Assembly (NCBI GenBank): GCA_964016885.1
Contig: OZ024743.1
Span: 107,880,001-107,944,000, forward strand
Length of the DNA stretch: 64,000 bases
Source: Eledone cirrhosa
Lineage: Eukaryota
Reading direction: 5' to 3'
Of the stretch, positions 42,332 through 56,014 are shown one piece after another. The notes under the pieces were generated by a model. That model saw only the letters and a program-made list of their open reading frames with translations. It was not told the origin of the DNA and made no database searches. Position numbers and translations under genes: made by a program. Position 1 is the stretch's first letter, and each line of letters begins with the position of its first letter.

Positions 42332-42335
<4 letters not shown>
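42218..42335 (-). mobile_element. Family G short insert; second copy at 28547-28597
   Basis: Shared aacacacgttttcagataaagaat..tgc.aaacaaattcagaaacgaaat between TA tracts. The minus strand has ggagt-GAAA-gc-TC-tggt (42262-42278), a possible HHR 3' half. Confidence 0.55.
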
Positions 42336-42366
<31 letters not shown>

Positions 42367-42467
42367 CGCACTCACACACAAACACACACACACATACACA
42401 CATATATATACACATATATTTTTACAAACACACACATATATATATATATATATACATATTTTTAGAC

Positions 42468-42504
<37 letters not shown>

Positions 42505-42509
42505 CATAC

Positions 42510-42660
42510 GACGGCTATTTCTGGACTCACAGTCCAGAAATAGCCGTCGGAACGGCTTGAGCTCTGCCGTCGGGGTCATACCTTTTCCTATTTCCCACTC
42601 TACTACCCTAAGGATTGAGTTCTCTGGTGCGATCTGGTTCCTTACCTCAATTCCTTTGTT
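42510..42660 (+). mobile_element. Family B copy starting with a perfect 18-bp hairpin
   Basis: gacggctatttctggact-cac-agtccagaaatagccgtc then GGAA-cggc-ttgagctct-gccg-TC-ggggtc and the tail. Confidence 0.8.
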
Positions 42661-42686
42661 ATATATATATATATATATACATACAA

Positions 42687-42792
<106 letters not shown>

Positions 42793-43336
42793 AGACACAC
42801 ACACATATATATGTATATATAATGCTAAATCCATTGAGGCTATAGAAGTTAGACAAACCAATATTAGAAAATTCCCCTCATATCGTGTCCCTCACTACAG
42901 TTTGTTGTATTTAAGAAATAATATTAACTATCCTAACAGTTTGAATCAACCATTTATGGGAAGAAAGCCTTTGATCAGAGGGATTCCCTGTAAGTGGTGT
43001 ACGGCCTATGTCCCTCTCGAGACAGCGTGGTGCATCCACGAACACATGAGCCGTTCGACTAGTAAATGGATACGTTATAAATAGCCCCCAATATGCCCGT
43101 CCCTATCCATGTAAAAACGTAAGAAAGATTTCGCAATCTGTTTAATGCTTTTCTGATTTGATGCTTATCTTTTCATTAAGATGTCCAAGTATATTAGTCA
43201 CAAATAACTTTCAGTTTGATATCTATGTATATACATATCAGTTTGCTATCTATATATATACATATCAAACTGGAAGTTATATATATAAATATTCGACAAC
43301 GGCCGGAGCTTAACCGTCGGTGTCCTGACTCTTTCC

Positions 43337-43390
<54 letters not shown>

Positions 43391-43413
43391 TACACACACA
43401 CACATATATATAA

Positions 43414-43484
<71 letters not shown>

Positions 43485-43994
43485 TATATATACATATATA
43501 TATGTATATATATAATATATATATATATAATATATATATATATACACATATATGTATATATATATATATATAATATATATTATATATGTATATATATATA
43601 TATATATATACATATATATACACATACATATATGTGTATGTTAGAGAATGTACGAAATCTCGAACGTAGGGAATTAGCCTTGAACAATGGTTTAGACAAT
43701 CTTGTAAAATTGCCCGATTGACGCGGAATTTGAAAATCATTTGAAAATACCAATATAGACATGAAACATGGCCAACAGCTGCTAGAGAGTATCGAACTCA
43801 GTACCTCTCATATTACAGTTGCATACTCTGAACTATTCAGTTCAACATGAATAATATAAATTTTGATGATTCTCTTCATTATAGACAGTTACATATGTTT
43901 TACAGATGATTGGTCAATATGGATATTACAGGCCTGTTTCCACTATCGATCTGCTTTTATCCATACTGATTCAGCAGAAATTTATATACACACT

Positions 43995-44068
<74 letters not shown>

Positions 44069-44071
<3 letters not shown>

Positions 44072-44398
44072 GATATTAAAAAAATGGAAACTATATTTAT
44101 AAAACCATATTTATTTCATTATACATATTTCAGGGATGCCAAATTAAAATATGGTATGCCTTCATCAGACAGAATACAATATATAAACAGTTTTATAAAT
44201 ATATATATTGTATTTTGTCTGATGAAGGCATACCATATTTTGATTTGGTATCCCTGAAATATGTATAATGAAATAAATATGGTTTTATAAATATAGTTTC
44301 TATTTATTTAATATCGTATATCTACTCCAAAAACTTGTCGAGTGCTTTATATCAGTTATAAAATATTTACTTGTTGTATCCCAACAATTTTAAGTAGA

Positions 44399-44403
<5 letters not shown>
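44069..44403. mobile_element. HHR family D inverted pair (minus HHR 44112-44176, plus HHR 44211-44275)
   Basis: Plus arm: tattttgt-CTGATGA-agg.c.atacca-tattttgatt-tggtat.c.cct-GAAA-tatgta-TA-atgaaata. The minus arm has the same intact core. The arms are ~115 bp and highly similar. Confidence 0.85.
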
Positions 44404-44445
<42 letters not shown>

Positions 44446-44518
44446 ATTAATATATATAGATTTATAAATAAAGATATATATATATACACAGTATATATAT
44501 ATACATATATATATATGC

Positions 44519-44570
<52 letters not shown>

Positions 44571-44590
44571 CTTTCATTAACATTACAAGG

Positions 44591-44676
44591 GGTCTGACGA
44601 GCCGCTGATTAATAGAGTCAGGTCAGATCGATACAGATCGGACTTTGAGCTGATCAGTGACGAAACGCGCGTCACC
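44591..44676 (+). ncRNA. Intact type I hammerhead ribozyme with long stem II (family C)
   Basis: ggt-CTGACGA-gccgctgatt...(41 nt with a further hairpin)...gatcagtgac-GAAA-cgcgcg-TC-acc; palindromic stem III ACGCGCGT, GUC site at 44671-44673, AATAAA at 44681. Confidence 0.85.
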
Positions 44677-44726
44677 AACCAATAAACGTAATGAAGGAGT
44701 AACCAATCGTCCTTGTTATCTTATTC

Positions 44727-44795
<69 letters not shown>

Positions 44796-44821
44796 CATGT
44801 AATTATATATATATATATATA

Positions 44822-45275
44822 TGCAACGTGATCTACCTTTTGTGGTAGGGTCTATACGGTAGTTAGAACTCAATGTAATCGTTAGCAAGTAATTCAGTGA
44901 GATCTATAGATAGATTCCGTGTTTTGCTGAGTTTAGATACTGAGTCTTTTAACAATGATAATATATATAATAACGAAGACAAGACAAATTATTTTACATA
45001 TTCATTTCATTGTTTTACGTATGTTTCAGAGGGTTGATCGTATTGAAATATTGACTGATCTATAGCATTTAGAGAACTGTATACTATCACACATAATATA
45101 TAGGTTCGATCATGCCGTCTTCTTCGAAAACTATCCGATTATGCCTGATAAAATACAGTTCTCTACCTGCTATAGATCAGTCAATATATCAATATGATCA
45201 ACCCTCTGAAACGATCGTAAATCCATACAATAAATATATAATATAATTTGCCATTGTTATTTTTATTATTGATAA
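44822..45275. mobile_element. Family E inverted pair (HHR 3' halves); third copy at 49330-49460
   Basis: gctatagatcagtcaatat.tcaata.gatcaaccctct-GAAA-cgatcg-TA (45208-45219), its reverse complement at 45013-45066, and GAAA-cgatcg-TA at 49412-49423. Confidence 0.7.
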
Positions 45276-45289
45276 ACTAATATATATAT

Positions 45290-45366
<77 letters not shown>

Positions 45367-45430
45367 AGTATATAAATTAATACATATATATATATATAAA
45401 TTAATACATATATATATACATATATATAAA

Positions 45431-45510
<80 letters not shown>

Positions 45511-45635
45511 AAAAAGAAATAGTCAGATACGTGCGAATACATACATATACACGCATATACACACATATATCCCTCAATATGTGTGGTGCCAACCTTAAAC
45601 GTTGTTGCTCTATGATTAATAGGGACAAAATAATC

Positions 45636-45700
<65 letters not shown>

Positions 45701-45734
45701 TAAGAACAAAAGATGGTTAAAGGAGTTCCATGTA

Positions 45735-45801
45735 TTTTATTATGCGCATTTCAAAAACAAATATCATCATGCAATAATATTTGTGTTTTCATCAGATAAA
45801 A
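45735..45801 (-). ncRNA. Intact type I hammerhead ribozyme (family J)
   Basis: ttttat-CTGATGA-aaa.c.acaaatattatt-gcat-gatgatatttgt.t.ttt-GAAA-tgcgca-TA-ataaaa; 6-bp stem I, ~15-bp stem II, palindromic stem III ATGCGCAT, AUA site overlapping AATAAA. Confidence 0.85.
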
Positions 45802-45902
45802 CAGGAGGACATGATATGAAGGCTAAAAAACACTTGTGGATAGTTCAGTTTTAAATCAACATATCTGCATTGCTTTATTGTACTACAATAAAACTCACCT
45901 CC

Positions 45903-45993
<91 letters not shown>

Positions 45994-46112
45994 ATATAAA
46001 TGTCAGTTTGATAACTTTGATAGGTGTCGGCCAGTGATGACCCAGGCCGTGTCTAAGTTAATAGTACCACCTGGCGATGTTGTCCATATCACGTGTATAT
46101 ATATTACATATT

Positions 46113-46153
<41 letters not shown>

Positions 46154-46155
<2 letters not shown>

Positions 46156-46539
46156 TCTTTTACTCTTTTACCTGCTCCAGTCACCCGGCTGAGGCCATGC
46201 TGTGGCACCGCCCTTGTTGCTAAACATTTTATCTCCAGCCTGTATTGGTTGGCCACTGGTGCAAGAGGGAGTTTGTTGCTGCTGCCCTAAGGTTTACTTC
46301 GTGCTTTGCTGTGGGCACATGCGGGATCCTGGCTAGCAAGATGTCCAGATGTTTCTTGAAGACATCCACCTCCACACCTTGCAGATCTCTCAGATCACTC
46401 GACAGCTTGTTGAAAACTTGAGGGCCCTTGAATCCCACACTATTGCAATATCTGATCCTTTTTCTAGATTTGGAAGACGGGACCTTTCGCACAACACAGT
46501 GACGTCCTGTGCGACGGTTGGTCCAGCTCCCCATGTCAA

Positions 46540-46543
<4 letters not shown>
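46154..46543 (-). mobile_element. 5'-truncated CR1/Jockey-group LINE 3' end
   Basis: RRTGRHC...[46 protein letters not shown]...[11 protein letters not shown], then the tail ggcggtgccacagcatggcc...ggtaaaagagtaaaagagt into (TA)n. Confidence 0.75.
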
Positions 46544-46630
<87 letters not shown>

Positions 46631-46633
46631 ATA

Positions 46634-46826
46634 TAGGAACAAGTAAGACCCCGACGGAAGAGCCCAACCCGTTTCGACGGCTAATTCAGTACAGAATTAG
46701 CCGTCGAGACGGCTTGAGCTCAGCCGTCGGGGGTCTTACTTGTTCCTATTACCCACTCTACTACTCTAAGTATTGAGTACTTTGGTGCGTTATGGTCCAC
46801 CTGGTTCCTTACCACATTTCCTTCGT

Positions 46827-46827
<1 letters not shown>
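46634..46827. mobile_element. Family B inverted pair
   Basis: taggaacaagtaagaccccgacgg...gacggctaattc-agtaca-gaattagccgtc...ccgtcgggggtcttacttgttccta, plus the full tail on the plus arm. Confidence 0.8.
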
Positions 46828-46886
<59 letters not shown>

Positions 46887-47022
46887 GTGTGTGTGTCTTT
46901 GTATATGCATTTGTATATATTTATATAAGTATATGTATGTGTTATGTATATTTTATGTGTATGTATATATATATATATATATATATATTTTATATATATA
47001 TAAATATATATATATATACAAT

Positions 47023-47088
<66 letters not shown>

Positions 47089-47126
47089 AGTAAATATATA
47101 TGTATATATATATATGTATATATATG

Positions 47127-47179
<53 letters not shown>

Positions 47180-47192
47180 GTATGTATATATG

Positions 47193-47226
<34 letters not shown>

Positions 47227-47274
47227 AATATGCATATATATATGCATATATATATATATGTGTATGCATATATA

Positions 47275-47344
<70 letters not shown>

Positions 47345-47453
47345 TTTATGAATAACAATACACATTTGTATATTCACATTTGCGTAGATATATGCATATA
47401 TATGATTATATAAGTATACATGCATACATACATATATATGCATATATATATAT

Positions 47454-47506
<53 letters not shown>

Positions 47507-47683
47507 TATATATACATATTTATATGTATATATATACATATATTTATATGTATGTATATATATATGGATATATATATGTATGTATATACAGACACACACA
47601 TATATATACATATAAGTATGATATATATAATAGATATTTATATAAATATATGCATTTATATATCTATATTACATATACATACG

Positions 47684-47720
<37 letters not shown>

Positions 47721-47963
47721 TCTTTTACCTGTTTCAGCCATCCGGCTGAGGCCATGCTGGGGCACCGCCCTTATATATATTTATATTTATATATACATAT
47801 ATATATATATATATATACTATTTACACATATATATATACATTTAAATATGTTTATACGTAACATAACACGCACACACATGTATATATATATACATACATC
47901 TATATATATATATTTATATTTATAGAAATATTTATATTTATATATATATATTTATGATGTACT

Positions 47964-48260
<297 letters not shown>

Positions 48261-48368
48261 TGTGTGTATATGTATGTCTATATAAGTAGGTATCTTTATG
48301 TATGTAATAAACATGCATACATATAGACATGTAGGTATGTATATGTATATATATATATATAAATATAA

Positions 48369-48515
<147 letters not shown>

Positions 48516-48601
48516 TACATATATATATATACATACATATATGTAAATATATATATTTATTTATATATATTATATATATATAAATATATTATATATATAT
48601 G

Positions 48602-48679
<78 letters not shown>

Positions 48680-49945
48680 ATACTACATTTGTAAAAAAAA
48701 TGTTGAGACATGATAATATCTATTGTTACCTTGAATAATTGATCCCATAACTTATCGCTCTAAATATTAATATTTATTCATATCCCAGGCACATTAATTG
48801 AAGGACACATATGAGAATTTATTTGCTTTTTTTGCTGTTTATTGCAGTGAATTCCTTATGAGTACATGTATCCATATTTGTATCTCGCTTATTGCTACGT
48901 TACAAGTTTCAATTTTTTTTGTTTTACGAAACAAGTAGTCCGGTAGAGTTCGTCAAACTTTTAATACAAATATTTCATGGCGATATATTGTTTCTTCTTT
49001 CCCTTTGTGTTTATATGATTGCGTGTGCATGTGATTCTGTATGCGATAGATTCCAATAGATAGAGAGATATTTAGGAAGGTATATAGAGAAAGGAATAGT
49101 AAGGGTTGGAGTTTAATATACTAATATTGAGTAATTTAGAATGACTCTATTTTGGGGGATGTGCATTAAAATGGATGGGCATTTGAACATAATTCTGTTC
49201 ACACAATAACATACATGTTACCATACACATACATGTATACATACATATTCATGCCTGGAAAGCCTTCTACAACAGGTATGCTTGACCATGATTCACTTAC
49301 TATATATATATATATATATATATATATGATCAAACCCATATATTATGTCTGATAGTATAGTGTTCTGTAACTGCTATAGATCAGTCAATATATCGATATG
49401 ATCAACCCTTCGAAACGATCGTAAAACAATGAATGATATCCTTTTCTAATCATTGTTAAAAAATAATAATATTTAAAATATATATATAGAGAGTGAGAGA
49501 AAGAGAGATCGAAGTGACTGGATATCGATCTAAGCCTTTATATTTGTGTGTGTATGTGTGTGCGCGTGCACACACGCATACTCACACACGCATATGTATC
49601 TATGTACACATATAGGCCTTGTGTCGATGTGGCATCATCGGTTTATATGGTGTGCCATGAGCATTTTTCAGCTGATGGAGCGCGTCCCTTTCCATAGATA
49701 GAAACAGCTGAATTATTACCGGGAGAATATGAGGGGAAATATTGAGAAAAATTGACTGCAGTACTGCATTAGTACTTTATTTTATCGAACTTAAATCGAT
49801 GAAATGTAAAGTTGACGTAGGCAGAATATTAACTCAGAGCCCCGCAATCCGGAATGAATACGAATATCTAGTCTATTGAAATTCTGCATATATATTTATA
49901 TTATAATATATAACTTTCAGCTATCAAACCTAAAAACTGGGGAAG

Positions 49946-49991
<46 letters not shown>

Positions 49992-49996
<5 letters not shown>

Positions 49997-50099
49997 AACG
50001 TTTATATATAAGTGGGTATAAGTATGTATGTATTTATGTATGTATATACATACATAAATAAATACATACTTATACCCACTTATATATAAACGTTTGTGT
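49992..50099. repeat. 108-bp spacerless palindrome
   Basis: 54-bp arms centred at 50045/50046 with one mismatch (50030/50061). Confidence 0.9.
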
Positions 50100-50120
50100 G
50101 TATATATATATATGTATATC

Positions 50121-50168
<48 letters not shown>

Positions 50169-50249
50169 CGCGCACACACATATATGTATACATATATATA
50201 TATATAAACAGATATATACGTATATATATATATATATGTATGTATGTAT

Positions 50250-50307
<58 letters not shown>

Positions 50308-50519
50308 ATATATGTATATATATATATATAATGTGTGTGTGTGATCTTTTGCGAATTGTTATTCTATACGCATTGTCAGACACTATGTACTCCTTTACTT
50401 AGGTTATAATTGATATATATGCATAAGTGCATACGCACGCAGAATGTTCTATGCAGGAGAACACAACTTTTATTGACATATCATGCAATGTATATATATA
50501 TATATATATACATACATAT

Positions 50520-50947
50520 GAAGGCGCATGGCTTAGAGGTTCCGAGTTCGATTCACGGACCGGTTGATGCGTTGTGTCCTTGTGCAAGACACATTATTTC
50601 ACACATTATTTCACGTTGCTCCAGTTTTCTTAGCTGTCGAAATGAGTTGCGACCTGACTGGTGCCAACCTTGATTTGCCACTGCCTTTCCATTGGGTTAG
50701 ATTGGGAGACTGATATGCATGGGTGACTGCTGGTTTTCCACAAACAATCTTGTCAAGACTTGTGCTTCGGAGCAGAAATTTCTAGGTGCAAATCCTATGT
50801 TGATTTGTGATCTCAGGGGCTCTTTACCCATTATTGTTCAAATCTCGCCGAGGTTAACTTTGCCTTTGATCCTTACGGGGTCGATAAAATAACGTACCAG
50901 TAATGTACTGGGTAATTTCTGGCCTTGTGTCTAATATAGAAACAATT
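50520..50947 (+). mobile_element. SINE S2 followed by a partial SINE S1
   Basis: gagttcgattc...tgtccttgtgcaagacac (S2); from 50836 gttcaaatctcgccgaggttaactttgcc...gtcgataaaataacgtaccag (S1). Confidence 0.75.
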
Positions 50948-51336
50948 ATATATATATATATATATATATGTTTGACTATATGTATGTCAGTATGTTCCAA
51001 ATTTATGTCGAAGTTTTATACTTTAAAAAATTGGAATATGTTAATTTTCATGCATGAGCACAGCCGGTTACTGTATACGTCTATGTAGTTATACATTAAT
51101 TCATACCCAACTTACGTTAAACTATACTAAGCATTCATACATCAAGCAAGGAAATGTGTACATTTAAAAATACACACTCTAATACACTAACAAACATATG
51201 CATACACTTCAAACACAATAACATACATGTATAGAATTGACTTTGTATATATGCATGTGTGTTTAAAATCTTACACACGCACTTATACTGCGTTTGACGA
51301 TTTCATGATTAAATCCATAATATATATTTATATATA

Positions 51337-51458
51337 GGAAAAGGGTTGAGCTCTGCCGTTGGGGTCATACCTTTTCCTAATACCCACTCTACTACCCTAA
51401 GTATTGAGTACTCTGATGCGTTATGGTCCATCTGGTTCCTTACCACAATTCCTTCGTT
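51337..51458 (+). mobile_element. Family B 5'-truncated copy
   Basis: ttgagctctgccgttggggtcataccttttcctaatacccactctac...ttccttcgtt followed by (TA)n. Confidence 0.75.
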
Positions 51459-51512
51459 ATATATATATATATATATATATGTCTGTGTGTGTGAGAGAGA
51501 GAGTGTGTGTGT

Positions 51513-51578
<66 letters not shown>

Positions 51579-51949
51579 TTGTGTGTTTTGGACCACGCGG
51601 AAAGGAGAAATTAACTCAGTACAAAGAAATAGTGGTGTATATTTGATGTATTTAAGATGATTAACTACTAGCCACTCGAGACCAAATAATTTCTAGATTA
51701 AATCTTCTTTTAAAACTAGAGTGTATAATCAAAAACTACATACATACATACACACATACATACACATATACCTATATACATACATATTATATTTAAATAT
51801 ATCCATGCATGCCTATATATGCCAAACACCTGCATACATTAAATACACTCTGATGTTTATTTGTAATGAAATAATTCCAAATATTAGGTCTTAAGGGAGA
51901 GGCAAAACAGGTGGCCTTCGCTGACCTGAGAGTTCGGGGCCGTCATTGA

Positions 51950-52100
51950 TCTGCTTAAACCATTGCAAACCCGAGGAATTCCATAGTGCCGACGTTCTTG
52001 GTAAAAAATGACATTTGGCGCGGGCACTTGGGGTGAAACTGGACACAACATGGATCTTATGAGGTGTGAGAAATCGGTAATGTCTAGATTTACCCAGTCT
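51950..52100 (-). pseudogene. Old CR1/Jockey-type LINE ORF2 C-terminal fragment
   Basis: HFLPRTSALWNS matches the SFFPRTxxLWNxLP terminal motif. Confidence 0.5.
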
Positions 52101-55100
52101 TAACATAATCATGATTAAGTAAATTAACGATGAAAGAACATTCATGGCTTGACCATCCTGTTTTCTATCCATAAATATTATATCTACCGTTATATTTTCC
52201 AATGACTCCTCTCAAGTATAAATACATTATTTGGTTTTAGATAGATTTGTCTGTTGTTACGGAGATGATGAATGACCGTGTTTATGTTCTCTATATGTCT
52301 TTTCATCCGTATGTGATGTAAGTTCCAACGTCACATGTGTCAACTTCAAGACTGCCATGTCTCCGGAATTTGTAAAATATGTAGCAGCTGAATTTCTGGA
52401 TGGAATTCATCGACTATAAATCTCATTTTGAACGGTCTTGTGGCAAATATTAAAAATCAGAAGATGAGATGAATGGTTCGATAACCTACAGGCGTCCCTA
52501 GACAAATTTTCCCCTTTTCAATTGATTTACAAATATTTTTATAATTATCTGCAATTTAACGACTACATTTTCACAATTCAAAGTTCCCAATGTATCGCAA
52601 GTCATGGACTATATTTGTATCGATTTTTTAATTTAGATATTTTGTGATCGTGATGAGCTCGTAGCATGTCACATCACCGTACCGATTCCTGATTGAAGTT
52701 ATTACATTTTAGCGTGCCACTCTCAGAAACATGCTCCTCACCAGAATTCTGGATTTATCGCATCTAAAATATAATTCTCTTTCAACCAGCGGTTCTTAGA
52801 GACACAGGTCATATTCCTCCTCTTGCAATCTCACGCCTCCTCAATTCGTCTGCCTTTTGTCATCTTGTAACTTTTCACCCGAACACAATGTGCACATTTT
52901 GCAAACCTTAATACTTATAGTCCAGTGGTTTTTTAGAGACCCATCTCATAATTTTCACTTTGTAATTCCAAGTTTCCTTAATTCCACCCCATTTTGGTTT
53001 CCTTTCAGTAATTTTTTATCCGGGCGTCATATTTACATGCACAAGCTTTTCAAACCTCAATGATTTTATAGTCTCAAATTGGATATATCAGAAGCAACAG
53101 TTCTTTGCATTTTTATGTGACTGTTGATTCGTGGTGACCCTTACCATTGCTTGTATTGATATTTCATTTTATGTATACACACTGTACACTAGTCTTTCAT
53201 AATTTTGAATCCTGCTTTGACTAACATTTAGCCCTCACCTTCATTCTTCTCTTAGCTAAAATTCTTCCCTTGGGCGCAAAATCCTTCTCGTTTTGAGTAT
53301 CACTGCTTTACAGTTATCTACTCAAAATTTATTTGATACTAAACTACCTGAAATTACCTCTATTTATACAAAACAAATACTACACTTTGATCTTAGCCAA
53401 AAGGCCGAGAAGCGATACAAAGCTGTTTGTTTTAAAACGGATATATCTATCTGGTCATTCCATCATATATTTTATGAAAGAACCATAGTTAAGCTATGCC
53501 CCAAACACCGGTTTAAAGTGAATTTCTAATTTAGCGCACGACCAGCAAATTATGGAGAGGGTAATGTCGAGTATATCGACTCTAGTACTATACTAGTATC
53601 ATTATTATGGACCCAGAAGGATGACGGCAATGTCGAACTCAGGGGGATTTGAAATCAGAATAGAAAGAGCAGAAAGAACGGTCGCAATGTATTTTGTTTT
53701 TGACGCTCTAACGGTTCTATCAATCTAATACCTTCACAGTTCAGTTATTTATATATATGAGAAAGTTAGTTGTATTGCTAATTCCTCCCGGAGGCATTGT
53801 TATTTTCGAAATGATTTGAAAATTAAAGAAATGTGGTAAAGAAAAAGTTAACTAACACAAAGCTCGTAGGTGGTGATGTTTCATGAATACTCTAAAAACA
53901 TAACAATTACAGCAATCATGGTTTCGCGTTCGGTACATGGTTTCGCGTAGGGTACTCAGCGACATGCTGAATAACCTATCCGCAAAGTGTCACATCCCAT
54001 AGCTTCGGTTCAGCAATGTTTTCGAAATGAAACTGGGTAAACAGAAACTATTTGTGTGATTATTGGGTGGACTGAACCTGAATTTCAAACATCCAAACTT
54101 TTCACACACTGTAGCATGCCAAATCTCCCTGAGAATTATGTTAATTGTACTCTTGCATATCGATTTAACGAGTATATTGCATATTAATTTAACGTAGCAC
54201 GTTACTTAGTAAAAATATCCTACTTCAGCAACTCCACAATTTGAACAATACATTTACAGAAACCGGGAAACGCATGAATGCTATGCATTCGTATTCAATG
54301 GTGACGAGTAGACTGGAACATTACATTGTACATCAAGAATTAAGGGGTGTTTGCTTATTTCTTAGTTGATGAACACATTTACAGATATTCATAACGTCCT
54401 CGGGTATTTGTTTCATTGTTTCTTCGATTTTTTCCATCATGTACATTTTGAGGGATTATGACTTAATGATTACTCGCGGAATCAGATTCACGTATTCCTG
54501 TGTTCTTTTACTGCACTGAGTAGCACATGGTTTCCCTAAGAAGACACTCCATTACATGTTGCTTTTCATGACCGAACCGGAATGATCTTTCATTAAACAT
54601 CCCTTAAAAACGCTTTGAGATGCAGCCTCTTGGAAAACCAGTTAAACATAAAAACCTTATTATAGGTTTGGGATCCCTATCATTAAAACACTCAAGAAAC
54701 TTGCTACAGGATGTACACACGTACCTTCAGATATTCAAACGTGGGAAATGCTTTAAATACCAATGTAGAGTATTTTCTGTGCTTTTATTTTATTACTGAG
54801 ATTACATTCTGTTGCTATTATGGTAAACCGACACTTATGTATGTATATATAGGATAAAGTATAAAGATCCCATAACTCATTGTAGATACAACGTGTCTAG
54901 GGCACTTTTAAACCGGGGGGGGGGGGGGGGCAACCATTTCCAGGTCCAAACATAGTTGATTTTTTCTATAGAGGAAGAATCAAGCCTAGTACTGGACTGG
55001 TACTTTTTTATCGACCGCGAAAGAATGAAAGACTCAGTTGACCACGGCGGGATTTGAACTCAGAGCGCGCAAAGTTGTTAGACGAATACCGTAAAGCATT

Positions 55101-55140
55101 CTATCCGACCTCATGACGAATCTGTTAATTCATATATATA

Positions 55141-55307
55141 ACGGCTCAAGCCGTTACGACGGCTATTTCTGGGCAGAAATAGGCGTCGAAACGGCTTGAA
55201 CTCTGCCGTCGGGGTCTTGAACATTTTCCTATTACCCACTCTACTACCCTAGATATTGAGTACTCTGGTGCGTTATGGTCCACCTGGTTCCTTGTCCCAC
55301 TTCCTTC

Positions 55308-55310
<3 letters not shown>
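55141..55310. mobile_element. Family B inverted pair
   Basis: gctcaagccgttacgacggctatttctg-gg-cagaaataggcgtc-GAAA-cggc-ttgaactct-gccg-TC-ggggtc plus the tail. Confidence 0.78.
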
Positions 55311-55364
<54 letters not shown>

Positions 55365-55561
55365 GAAAACAGGGAGAAAGAGACGATTATTAGGAAGAAA
55401 ACAGTTTTATATTTCCTTTTGTTTGTCTCTCTCTCTTTTTTCTGGGTTAGAAAATGATTAAAACGAAATGTTTTACTTTGTGTGAAGTGTTAAGGTATTA
55501 GTTGATTTATTTATTTTTTAACAATGGTATTTATTTGTCTATTTATATATTTAATAATTGT

Positions 55562-55603
55562 CTATTACCGGTTTCACCATGTTTATGCATTATCAAATGA
55601 TAG
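55562..55603 (-). ncRNA. Degenerate minimal hammerhead in the PLE 3' UTR
   Basis: ctatcat-TTGATAA-tg.cat-aaac-atg.gt-GAAA-ccgg-TA-atag; palindromic stem III ACCGGT, and the core differs from CTGATGA by two transitions. Confidence 0.5.
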
Positions 55604-56014
55604 TGAAATGTATTAGTGTGGTGTCACACATGTTAAAGAGAAGGTGCAGAAAGAATAATGTTATTTACAAACAATGTTTATGAAGTGAAAAGAAAAAAAG
55701 AAAAAAGAAAAAAAAACGGGCGCAATGTAGAGCATAAAAAGTCAATGTTGAAGAAAAAATTATGTCATTTACAGGCATAGTTCTTGAAATTAAGCAGATC
55801 AAAATGTGTTAATATAGCAAGAGTGCTTAGTTGATCCATGATTCCATGATGGAGGCAAATGGTGGACTGAGGTTTGATATGATTTCCCTTTTTAGAGAGT
55901 TAATATGCAGCAGCAAGCAATTCTTGCTTGATGATATTTAATTATTTAAGAAAAAGGATTAGGTAGGGTGTGAGGGAGGTAACTCTTGTAAATGTTTGAT
56001 TGTTTGTTGCAACT

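Noticed and set aside
52200-53290. Non-repetitive stretch with faint Gypsy-integrase-like hints on the minus strand (QG..KRR, CTVC)
   Set aside because: Too degenerate to support by eye; it would need tBLASTx or an HMM search.
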